From contig JASLKG010000007.1 of NCBI GenBank assembly GCA_030747695.1, forward strand, positions 2,261 to 66,260: 64,000 nt of DNA, written 5' to 3'. Below are positions 39,117 through 48,800 of the stretch, one piece after another (position 1 is the stretch's first letter; every line of letters begins with the position of its first letter). The DNA is from Candidatus Poseidoniaceae archaeon. Its GTDB lineage: Archaea > Thermoplasmatota > Poseidoniia > Poseidoniales > Poseidoniaceae. The position numbers were made by a program, and so were the translations under genes. The notes below the pieces were generated by a model. It was not told where the DNA came from. It saw nothing but the letters and a program-made list of their open reading frames with translations, and did no database searches.

Positions 39117-40085
39117 ATGGACCCGGGCCAAGTCATTTCATGGACGAGGGTCCTGGTGCTTTTCTTTGCATTAGGAATCGCTGCATGGCTTGACAATAAA
39201 GAAAGAAGAGTGCCAAACAATTTTTGGATTACATGGTCCAAACCAGCAATTTTCCTATGGACTCTTGATCTGATGATAAATAATGCACCATGGTATGTTT
39301 ATGCATCAGCAGCTGGAATGGTTGCATACGCCTCAATTGCAGTAATTGGAAGGCCTACATCAAGTGATATTCTTGATGGAAACCGATTGGACATTGTGGT
39401 ATCTTTATGGTATGTCATTGGAATAGTTGGAATAATTCAGGGTATCACATTACATGGTTCGCTTGGAATTGATGTAATTAATGGCGTTGCAGATAACGAG
39501 GCTATGTTATGGTGGTCGACCATTGCAGTTGCCTTGCCGATTTTCCTTGTAGATTTTGCATGGAGGATGCGATTGATACATGGCGGTGCAGATTCTAAAT
39601 GTTTGATGTGGGTTGCTATATTGATTCCAAATTGGGAATCAGTACCAATCTTGTATCCAAGCGAACCGCTGCTCTCATTGCCTCCTGCAATTGCTTTGTT
39701 AATGTGGGGTGGCGCAGTATTTATCATTCTACCATTTATTTTCATAATAGTAAATCTGCTGCGAGGAGGAGGGCCTATTAAGTTGATATGGCATGCGTAT
39801 CAACTTGATTTAGAGGAGGCTCAAAATAGGCATGTCTGGATCTTGACATCAATTGTTGAAATGCCCAATGAGGGTAGAAAAATAATGCATAAAACACGAG
39901 CCCCTAGTAGAACACCTAGCAACAATGAGATTCAGAAATTAATCGAGGAGTTGAAGGAGAATGATGTTGATACTGTGTGGGTAACACCAAAATTACCTTT
40001 GCTAGCATTTTTGTGGCCTAGTGTTTTGCCACTAGTACTAATAGGCGGGCCAATGGCATATATTATGCCATTATTAGGACTTTGA
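39117..40085 (+). CDS. A24-family prepilin/prearchaellin peptidase (PibD/FlaK-like)
   Basis: AWLDNKERRVPN, GGADSK catalytic Asp motifs, C-terminal VWVTPKLPLL. Confidence 0.85.
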   Translation: MDPGQVISWTRVLVLFFALGIAAWLDNKERRVPNNFWITWSKPAIFLWTLDLMINNAPWYVYASAAGMVAYASIAVIGRPTSSDILDGNRLDIVVSLWYVIGIVGIIQGITLHGSLGIDVINGVADNEAMLWWSTIAVALPIFLVDFAWRMRLIHGGADSKCLMWVAILIPNWESVPILYPSEPLLSLPPAIALLMWGGAVFIILPFIFIIVNLLRGGGPIKLIWHAYQLDLEEAQNRHVWILTSIVEMPNEGRKIMHKTRAPSRTPSNNEIQKLIEELKENDVDTVWVTPKLPLLAFLWPSVLPLVLIGGPMAYIMPLLGL

Positions 40086-40087
40086 GA

Positions 40088-40237
40088 TCAAACACCTTTG
40101 CGTTCAACATTCTTTGGGCGTAGACCCTTATATCCACATTTCCGGCATGCTGCAGCACGGAATGCATTACGCGCATTGCACTTCATACAAATCTTACGAT
40201 GTAGGAGTCGTGCTTCTGCCTCAGGGAATCTAGCCAT
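40088..40237 (-). CDS. rpl40e: 50S ribosomal protein L40e
   Basis: Below the ORF-track cutoff. Hand translation: [49 protein letters not shown]. Confidence 0.95.
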   Translation of the reverse strand: MARFPEAEARLLHRKICMKCNARNAFRAAACRKCGYKGLRPKNVERKGV

Positions 40238-40311
40238 ATTTGCGCCGACCGACTCCCTCTATTTAACCTTGAAGAGGTTAGTTAGTGGTGTGATTGAAGG
40301 AGTAAAACCTC

Positions 40312-41085
40312 TTGGGAGTGACTGTGCGAATAGTTCGGCTACCGGGGATTCATCATGATTCCAACGCAGTTTTACTAATTGGTTCCGAATCATCATTACT
40401 GGTCGATACAGGAACTACTTGGTATCAAATGCTGCAGGTAGAACGTATATTGGGCCATATTTCTAAAGACGGGCTTCAAAGAATCTTGTTGACATCCAGG
40501 CGTTATCCATTTGCAGGAGCAGCTAAGCACATAAGTCAAGAAATGGGCAATATTCCAATACATATACACCAGAGTGCTATTTCAGTCATGCAGACTGGTG
40601 ATTTCTTTTCGACATGGGCTAATCGTTATGATTCTGATATGCCCTCAACAGAATGTATGCCGGTAAATCAAGGTGACAAATTCAGTGTCGGCGATGGATC
40701 CCTAACAGCAATTTCACTTCCAGGGCATTGCCCTGATGGGACTGGTTATTTTGAATCTCAAAGAGGCGTATTAATCGCAGGCGCCGTATTACCGCGCGCA
40801 GACAATCCTTCACGTTGGGATATGCCGGGGGGAGATCTCACAGAATTGATTTCTTCCTTGAAATTGATTCATGAATTGGCACCATCAAATATTGTTCCGG
40901 CAAGGGGCCCATCGATTAAGGGAGAGAACCATATTGATGAAGTGTTGAATCGACATTTGGTGTTTTTAGAGAATTGTGCAGATGGCGAAGGCAAACCTCC
41001 TAAGAGTTGGCCTAGACCAGCAAATACTGCTTATTTTTTGGTACCAGACTCGCCATGGCCTCTGTTGGAAAAGGAATCAAGCTGA
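40312..41085 (+). CDS. metallo-beta-lactamase-fold protein with degenerate metal site
   Basis: LLVDTG, ILLTSRRYPFAG (at the HxHxDH position), LPGHCPDG, IVPARG (at the PGHG position). Confidence 0.75.
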   Translation: MGVTVRIVRLPGIHHDSNAVLLIGSESSLLVDTGTTWYQMLQVERILGHISKDGLQRILLTSRRYPFAGAAKHISQEMGNIPIHIHQSAISVMQTGDFFSTWANRYDSDMPSTECMPVNQGDKFSVGDGSLTAISLPGHCPDGTGYFESQRGVLIAGAVLPRADNPSRWDMPGGDLTELISSLKLIHELAPSNIVPARGPSIKGENHIDEVLNRHLVFLENCADGEGKPPKSWPRPANTAYFLVPDSPWPLLEKESS

Positions 41086-41586
41086 AACAAGAATTTTGGA
41101 GTTATCATAAAGAGTATGATTCCATTCAATTTCTTTGGTTTCCCATCCCTGACTTATTCTCAAAATTCTACCTGCCATTATCACTCCTGAGACTGGATGC
41201 TCTAATTCAAGGATTCTCCTTACCCCTCCAGGTATGTCTTTACCAACAAGGTATACCGTTCCATCATCACAACCTGCAATCAAACTATTATTATGTAAAT
41301 TAGATACACAAATAGATCTTATGGGTGAACTTGTTGTGAACGAACAAATAGTTTCCATTGTACCTATGTCAATCAGATTCACTCTTCCGGAATTATCTCC
41401 TACAACTACAGTTTTTATGTCCCCGTCAGGATCAAATAATCCGAGTAATGCTGTTGCTAAGGCATTGATTTTGGTTTTTTGTTTCTGACCACATCTAGGG
41501 TTCCAAATTATGTATCCATCGTCCATGGCAACAATGTAACCACTAGGTACAATCATCGATCTCACTATGCTTCTAATATGTCTCAT
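41077..41586 (-). CDS. short WD40-like beta-repeat protein
   Basis: KINALA...VVGDNSGRVNLID; PIRSIC...LIAGCDDGTVYLV. Confidence 0.6.
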   Translation of the reverse strand: MRHIRSIVRSMIVPSGYIVAMDDGYIIWNPRCGQKQKTKINALATALLGLFDPDGDIKTVVVGDNSGRVNLIDIGTMETICSFTTSSPIRSICVSNLHNNSLIAGCDDGTVYLVGKDIPGGVRRILELEHPVSGVIMAGRILRISQGWETKEIEWNHTLYDNSKILVSA

Positions 41587-41654
41587 GACAAATGAAATAT
41601 GGAACTATGGTCTACATTCATTTCGTAGACCCTTAAGGTGAAAGTGAAAGTGAA

Positions 41655-41942
41655 TCAGTAGTGTCCAATATCGTCTTTGTTATCCTTTTTCCAAACTTTA
41701 TAGCAAGACTTACACACTCTCACGCGATTTTTCCTTACCGCAAATGTGCCTTCGCCCCATGTATCAATTGCATTTTCTTGTGATAATGACCTACCACCCA
41801 TGTGTTTATCCGAAAAACCATCACAGGAATTAATCCCGCAAGACATTTCACCACTCTTTGCAGCAACTTTCTTCTTATCCTTTTTCCGACTAGCAGATGG
41901 AATCCTCACCTTGCGCTGAGTTTGATTGGTACGGCGGCCCAT
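41655..41942 (-). CDS. small basic putative Zn-binding protein
   Basis: Lys/Arg-rich N-terminus, CGINSC...RSLS...VCKSCYKVWKK. Start MGRR at 41942. Confidence 0.65.
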   Translation of the reverse strand: MGRRTNQTQRKVRIPSASRKKDKKKVAAKSGEMSCGINSCDGFSDKHMGGRSLSQENAIDTWGEGTFAVRKNRVRVCKSCYKVWKKDNKDDIGHY

Positions 41943-41979
41943 GCATGTTCCCGTGTGAATAGAACAAATGAATATTACC

Positions 41980-43011
41980 TCAATTAACCCTTTGAATTCC
42001 CAAGCGATTAAGCAGACCATCAATCAGTTTGATCAATCCGCGCATCGTTACTTCTGATACGCCCGCAATTTTACAAATTTCAGCTTGAGTGCGAGGGCTC
42101 CCAACTTCTTTTGCCGCCATATAGATTAGAGTAGCAGCAACACCCATCGGCTTTTTGCCTTGCCACACTTCTTCATGGGGTTTGATAGCACCCCATAAAA
42201 AGTCAAGATTTGATAGTGTCTTTGGAGGTAATTCTAAATCGGAAACGAATTTATGAAAATATTCCGAAGGCTTTGTAATTTTGTGCATATTTAATTTACG
42301 ACTAATTTGTCTAATTAACCTCGACAACTCTTTTTCATCAACTTGAAAATTATTTGCAATTTCAGGGATTCTCCGAGGTAAATTTTCTTCTCTTGCAACA
42401 AGATAAGTGCAAGCGGCAGTAACTCCTGCAATCGATCTACCAGTGACATAACCCTCATGTGAAAGCCGTCTGTACAATCGGGCCGTCTCTTCTTGTAATG
42501 GCTTAGGTAGTTCCGATTTATCGCGGATGAATTGGTTTGCTTTTACTAGGTTTCTAGCTCTACTTTGTCGTGTTTTGGAGCGTTCATCTATTACGCGTCG
42601 CCTTCTCCAATCCCTGCGGCCACGGGCATTCATCCCGTTTCGAGATGCTCCACTGGAGGTTAAATCCGAAGCTGAGATACTGGTATTAAGTCCTCTATCT
42701 GCCAGGGTGTATGTTGTAGGTGAACCTACTCGTGACCGATCATTATTTGAATCATAATTAGTCCATTCAGCACCAGGGTCTACAACATTTTCTTCAACGA
42801 CTAATCCACAAGAATTACAAATTACTTCGCCTCGATTTATGTCATCAGTCCAGTCAGTTTGTCCACATTCATCACAGGGTCTATTTTGTCCAGCTGTGAT
42901 TCTACGACTTGGTCTTGAATTTCCTATACTTGGTCGTTGAAAATTATCTCGTTGGTTAATGTCCTGCGTCTTTTTTGCATCTTTGGGTTCCGTATTGGTC
43001 ATTCTTTTCAA
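41980..43011 (-). CDS. tfb: transcription initiation factor IIB (TFB)
   Basis: CDECG...ICNSCGLV Zn ribbon, DPGAEW, SRVGSP, GRSIAGVTAACTY, RTQAEI...VSEVTMR. Start uncertain. Confidence 0.93.
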   Translation of the reverse strand: MKRMTNTEPKDAKKTQDINQRDNFQRPSIGNSRPSRRITAGQNRPCDECGQTDWTDDINRGEVICNSCGLVVEENVVDPGAEWTNYDSNNDRSRVGSPTTYTLADRGLNTSISASDLTSSGASRNGMNARGRRDWRRRRVIDERSKTRQSRARNLVKANQFIRDKSELPKPLQEETARLYRRLSHEGYVTGRSIAGVTAACTYLVAREENLPRRIPEIANNFQVDEKELSRLIRQISRKLNMHKITKPSEYFHKFVSDLELPPKTLSNLDFLWGAIKPHEEVWQGKKPMGVAATLIYMAAKEVGSPRTQAEICKIAGVSEVTMRGLIKLIDGLLNRLGIQRVN

Positions 43012-43288
43012 CTCCGAGTTGTATAGTGGTGCCAGAGGTATTTAAACACTTCGTTATATTATGTCTAGATTAATGCCTAACTGCTCAGATGTAAATATTT
43101 ATTATCGTAGAAATATAACCGGGCCGTTTAACTTTTAATCAGTCATCATTGTTCTCTTATTTATCTATATGATTTTAACTTGAAAATTTTAGTTTTGAAT
43201 CCCAATCGTTAGAGATTTGAATCAATTTGTAATTGATTGCTTAGCACATAGTTCATGGAGTGAACACTACCAGCAACACCTGAGAAGC

Positions 43289-44575
43289 ATGCCAGCGAGT
43301 GTTGTGTTAGGCGCCCAGTGGGGCGATGAAGGTAAGGGAAAACTTGTCGATAGGTTGGCAGAAAGTGCAACATGGGTTGCCCGATTCCAGGGAGGTAACA
43401 ATGCCGGACATACTGTGGTAATAGGAGACCGTGTTCTGAAGTTTCATTTACTACCCTCGGGTATTACTAGGGAAGAATGTGGATTAGTTCTTGGTGATGG
43501 CATGGTCATTGACCCGTGGGTCCTTGATAGAGAATTATCCGATTGGGTTGAAGGAGGTGGAACCGATCCTACTGGTTCTAGATTGTTTATTTCCAATCGG
43601 GCGCACATTATACTTCCATTCCATACTTATGTCGATGGACTTGATAAGAAGATTGGAACTACTGGCAGAGGAATTGGGCCTACGTATGCCGATAAAATCA
43701 ATCGTATTGGTTTGAGATTTGCTGATTTGAATTATTGTAATACTGATGAAATGGCAGCAAGACAGAACACAGTTTTGGAAAGTGTGGGTTGTACGCAAAG
43801 AGTTTCTTCAGATGAATTACGGGAACAAATTGATTGGGTAATCAATAGATTTTCTTCAGCGATAACAGATACTGGTATTCTACTAGATAATGCATTGAAG
43901 TTGGGAGAACATATTATTTTGGAAGGGGCACAAGGCTGCCTGTTAGACATTGATCAAGGAACATTCCCCTATGTTACTTCTTCAGTAACTAGTCGCGCTA
44001 ATTCGACACACGGCGCAGGTTTGCATCCTGGTCATGTAGAGAATGTTATTGGAATTACTAAGGCTTACATTACTCGAGTTGGACATGGATATATGCCTAC
44101 TGAATTATTTGATGAAGTAGGTGATCATTTGGGAACAGTAGGGCATGAATTTGGTACAACTACTGGAAGGAAAAGGCGCTGTGGGTGGTTTGATGCAGTA
44201 GTTATGAGGCATGCGAATCGGATTAATGGATTTACAGAAATAGCACTCACAAAGCTTGATGTATTGGGCGGACTTGATGAGATAAAAATATGTGTAGGAT
44301 ACAGGATGAATGGGCATGAAATCAATGAAATGCCAGCATCAGCAATAGCATTGGAAGATTGCGAGCCAATTTATGTTACCATGCCGGGTTTCCCTCTTTT
44401 ATCTGTCGAAGAATGGCTTGGCATCGCAAAGAAATGTAACACAGAAGGAATTGGATTCCAAGGCCTACCTTTTGCCGCTCAGAATTATATCAATAAATTA
44501 GAAGCATTATTGGGGGTCCCAATTACTTCAGTTGGAGTTGGACCAGATCGAGATGCAACAATCGATCGTGTGTGA
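43289..44575 (+). CDS. purA: adenylosuccinate synthetase
   Basis: GAQWGDEGKGK, GGNNAGHT, IGTTGRGIGP, EGAQG, TTTGRKRRCGWFD. Confidence 0.98.
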   Translation: MPASVVLGAQWGDEGKGKLVDRLAESATWVARFQGGNNAGHTVVIGDRVLKFHLLPSGITREECGLVLGDGMVIDPWVLDRELSDWVEGGGTDPTGSRLFISNRAHIILPFHTYVDGLDKKIGTTGRGIGPTYADKINRIGLRFADLNYCNTDEMAARQNTVLESVGCTQRVSSDELREQIDWVINRFSSAITDTGILLDNALKLGEHIILEGAQGCLLDIDQGTFPYVTSSVTSRANSTHGAGLHPGHVENVIGITKAYITRVGHGYMPTELFDEVGDHLGTVGHEFGTTTGRKRRCGWFDAVVMRHANRINGFTEIALTKLDVLGGLDEIKICVGYRMNGHEINEMPASAIALEDCEPIYVTMPGFPLLSVEEWLGIAKKCNTEGIGFQGLPFAAQNYINKLEALLGVPITSVGVGPDRDATIDRV

Positions 44576-44613
44576 AAGCCTCAAGAAGTAGTGGCTCACC
44601 CGCACGGTTACAA

Positions 44614-44689
44614 GGGCGCTTAACTCAGTTGGAAGAGTGCTTGGTTTGCAACCAAGATGCCGGGGGTTCAAATCCCCCAGTGTCCACCA
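44614..44689 (+). tRNA. tRNA-Ala(TGC), encoded CCA
   Basis: Acceptor GGGCGCT/AGTGTCC with G3:U70; anticodon arm CTTGG-TTTGCAA-CCAAG; GTTCAAATC T-loop. Confidence 0.96.
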
Positions 44690-44741
44690 TAACATTCTGT
44701 TGTTCAGATAGGTCCATGAACAAATTCGTAATCGGAAGATT

Positions 44742-45797
44742 GTGGACAGACAAAATAGTGGGCTATTCAATTTGGCCGAAATTGTTGTTTTGACAATTGT
44801 AATTTTGGCAACACTTTCTATTGGTTATGACCCTAATATGGCTCCTGAAGAGGAATTACAATTGTCTGAAATTGATGGAACTTTGAGCCTCGTAACACGT
44901 TCTTCTATGGATTCTTTAGGGCTAGAGGATTTCAGGACAGGTGCGATTGCAACAGTTGATTTAGAATCATATCCCGTAATTTCAGGAAATTGTACTCAAT
45001 TTTGTGAATCTACTCCTTCTGGGATACAAATTACTGGTAATGTAAATGTGACAAAACTGCGCCCCCTTGAATCAGATGCAACATTTCGTATCGAAGGGAA
45101 ATTAAACGTAACACATCTGTGGGAATATAGTTCAGACAGTATGATTGTAAGAGAATGGTTAGTGATCGACTGGGATCTTGCTGAATTTTCATCACAATGG
45201 GACGTATATATTCATCACAATCCTCCAAAATGGGTGCCAAGTGATAGGTATCATTCTTCCTTTATTTCTTCTGAACAGGGAAAGATTAGTAGAGCAGGCC
45301 CTGCAATTTTCGTAGAAGAGTTATTTGATGACATCTTGAATGTGAGAGGATGTCTTCCTAATACAGCTAATTGTGATGGCGTAAATAGAGAAGAAATGAA
45401 TTTGACTTCAAAATATGTCAAACCTTCAGAACCAGTTGAAATACAGGGACCAAACATTTGGCATCAAGTTAATGCTAATTCTAGTGTGAATCATAATGTT
45501 TCAAATATTGGAGAATTAAGAAATATGTTTAATCTAGAATCTGCAAATACAAGTATTGATACTTGGTGTATTTCAGAACTTGATGTGATTGATGCAGCAA
45601 ATTCATGGAACGTATTAGGAAATACTGGTACAACGATTGCCCCGATGAATATTTGGCTACAATCAATAGGAATACAGGGAGGGTCATTTACAGCAACTGA
45701 TGGTGTTTGGTCTGAGGCTGACTATGGTGATGAAAATGCGTGTGGGTCATTTGTTAACTCCGAAGGTGTTTTGGTATTAGGTATATCAAAAATGTAA
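44742..45797 (+). CDS. secreted/N-terminally anchored hypothetical protein
   Basis: One N-terminal hydrophobic helix, then a beta-rich acidic body with Cys pairs. Confidence 0.65.
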   Translation: MDRQNSGLFNLAEIVVLTIVILATLSIGYDPNMAPEEELQLSEIDGTLSLVTRSSMDSLGLEDFRTGAIATVDLESYPVISGNCTQFCESTPSGIQITGNVNVTKLRPLESDATFRIEGKLNVTHLWEYSSDSMIVREWLVIDWDLAEFSSQWDVYIHHNPPKWVPSDRYHSSFISSEQGKISRAGPAIFVEELFDDILNVRGCLPNTANCDGVNREEMNLTSKYVKPSEPVEIQGPNIWHQVNANSSVNHNVSNIGELRNMFNLESANTSIDTWCISELDVIDAANSWNVLGNTGTTIAPMNIWLQSIGIQGGSFTATDGVWSEADYGDENACGSFVNSEGVLVLGISKM

Positions 45798-45886
45798 TGC
45801 AGTAACTTGTTTTCACATCGTTCCGGGAATATAAATTAATTTTTTATGACCGAAAGATAATAGCAGGAGTGCATGAAAGGGATACC

Positions 45887-48800
45887 ATGAAGCGAATAGC
45901 CGTAGTGATAGTTCTATTGTTTGCATGTCTTTCTTTACAGCCAGTGGCAAGCCAAATAGCTGCACCAAATGATACAGCAAATGACACAGCAAATTCTCTA
46001 ACTTATTTGAGCGTTGATGGATTTGTTACAACCAAATTTGCTAGTGTTGGTTCAGAAGTAGATATTCAAGCATTTACACTGGGCCATAATAGTAATACAT
46101 ATGTCAGTGCTGACATTGTAAAGTATGATATTGATCCACTAGAATCTATGATTGATACTGCATTCCCCGGTAATGGTCAATTTGTAGATAGAGTTGTACT
46201 CGTCCAGAGTGGTGTTCACGAAGAAGATTCGGACATTATGACTTGGCAAGGAACATATACAATACCAGTATCTTCTATGGGAGGAGCCTATGGTGCAAGA
46301 ATTATTGCAGAGGATGGAAATTTAGTAGCTATTGATGATCCTACCCAAATCAGGGAAGTCTTCCGTGGCCAATTCGAAACAGTTCTTTCTTCAATTGATT
46401 TTGCTTGGGATTCAGCAAATCCGCTTTCATTAATTGCAGATGAATTCTATGAACTTGAAGAAAAAGGAACATCAAATGGAGGATGGTCTAATTTCGTTGC
46501 AGTAGCTACTGATGGTAGTGGCCCTGGTGGAAGTCAACAATTATGGAATGCAATGCTTGATGCAGGTTACAACCAATACGATATGACAGAAGGCGCAAAT
46601 TTCCTCGATGCATTAATGAATTTCTTGGACTCAGATGATGCAAATGCTAGCATGCTATTTTTGACAGGTCTACTGATGTATGGCCACAATATTCCAATTC
46701 CACAAACACTAGATGGTTTTGAAGAATTAGCCGAATACATACAGTCATATGATCCAATAGAGAATTTCACTAGGTTTGAAGGAACAGATCAATTTGGAGC
46801 AGCGTATGATGCTTTAATCGATAGCGAGCAATGGGATGCAATGAACCAAGCATTGGATAATCTAGCCAACAATGTCAAGCCATTTGAATCCATGCAAACT
46901 GTAATGCACAACATTGCATTGTTAGCAGTTTCAAATCATCCTGAGGATATTGTAGATGGCTTGATGGCATGGGCTGAGCCATTGATGGAAGGAGATTTTG
47001 ATAATATGACCTCTTTCCAGCAATTACTAGTTAGGTTCATTGAAATGGCAGAGAAACTAGATGGTGAAACAGATATTCAAGACCTTGATGGTGACGATGT
47101 CCCTGATAGAATCACTTGGCAATATGAATATCTCCTAGAAACTCAAGAAGGTCAAGCCTGGACAGTAAAGATGGAAAATGACCACCCATGGGTAAACGAT
47201 GCCTTTGACGATTTTAATAATCTTCCAGAAGATATAATCGACATTGTATTTACATCTCTAGAGAACCAAGTATGGGAAGATACTGGATTAGTCTTGGAAG
47301 AATTTAGTAGATGGATGGCAAATGCATCAGGTTCTGGTTTAGAAGCCGAATGGCCGTATTATGATGAAGAAGATGAAGACTCAGAAGAAGATGAAGAACC
47401 AGAAAATTCTGAACCTGATGTTTGCTGTGTGTTTGAACAGTTACACCCAATTACTACTTCAGTCTATGATAATCACAAACTCGAAGTTGGTGTTGAGTTG
47501 CGTATGTGGGGCGGAGAAAGTGAAGAATATCCAGAGACGTTCTACATGTCAATGACTAATGAAAGAGGCTATACTGTCGGAACTGATTTGGTTAAGGATA
47601 CAGAGGATGGGGAAAGATATCTGGGTGTAATGATAGCTCCATCATTTGAGGATACAGAATGGTCATTCTCTCAACCATTAGAAGATTATGGAAGTAGTAG
47701 TGATGCTCAATCAATCGACAGTGCATATATTAGAATCGAAAGGCTCAGACCTTCTTTACTTGAATCAATGGCTATTGAAAACAATGATGAAATTTTCATG
47801 GTGTCCGCACTTGGAGTATTAGTTGATCAGGATGAGACAGGAACTGTTGACCAATCATTTACGGTTACTTCTCAAACTTATGATTCAGCAGGAGAGGTTG
47901 GAAATGTTGAAGTTGATATGGCAATTATTAGGATATCTCCACAACTAGGGGAATCTGCTATTGAATCACTTTCTCCTAATGGTGAATTTGATATTACCAT
48001 AAATTATCCAAATACATTGGAAGGAACTTATTCAGGTGACGACCTTGATGGTGATATAAACATTAAATTAATGCCATTTGGAACATATAATGACGATGAA
48101 GAGAAACAGAAGCATGTGCAATCTTATGGTTTCGATACAATAGAGATTTCGGCAGACGGTTATTCTTGGAATGCTAATAATTATCTTCCTAGCGATAGAG
48201 GTCTCGCGGATCTAGTTATTTCAGGTTCCACTACTGAAGGAATTGAATTCACTGAAATGAAACAAATACCCCTTCCCGGTAGCCTTGGTTGCACTGCAAC
48301 TGAAGGAAGTGGAGATCGTGATACTGCCCATGTAGGATATAATTACCGTACCTTTGAAGCTGACGAAGGTGAACGATTTTGGAAACCTGAGCTCTCGGCT
48401 GTAAGTGTCGATTGGGGTGATGGCACAACTGATGACTATACAGTAAATGAATGGGAAGAGGATCCAAGCGGATGGGAATCACACACATACGAGGAATCTG
48501 GAGAATATTACATTACAGTAGTATACGAAGATGAATTTGGCACAGAGCATTCAGATGAGCTAAGATTTCATACAGACATGGGAGGGTTCTGGCAAGAAGA
48601 ATCTGAATTCGAAGAAGGGGGATATTGGACTTCATGGATCGGTGGAACAAATTGTTGGCTTGAGTCTGAAGAAAGTTCATTGCCAACTCCATCAATAATT
48701 GATAACTTCATTACAGGAGGTCCAGTTGAAGTAGTTACTGAGCAAATAATGACTGCAGATTCTAATGGAGTTGCTAGTTTAACAGTAACTCCTACTCATC

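Noticed and set aside
43012..43288. Longest AT-rich intergenic region as a possible replication origin or ncRNA
   Set aside because: No ORB-like repeats, no adjacent cdc6/orc1 and no convincing structure. Divergent tfb/purA promoters explain it.
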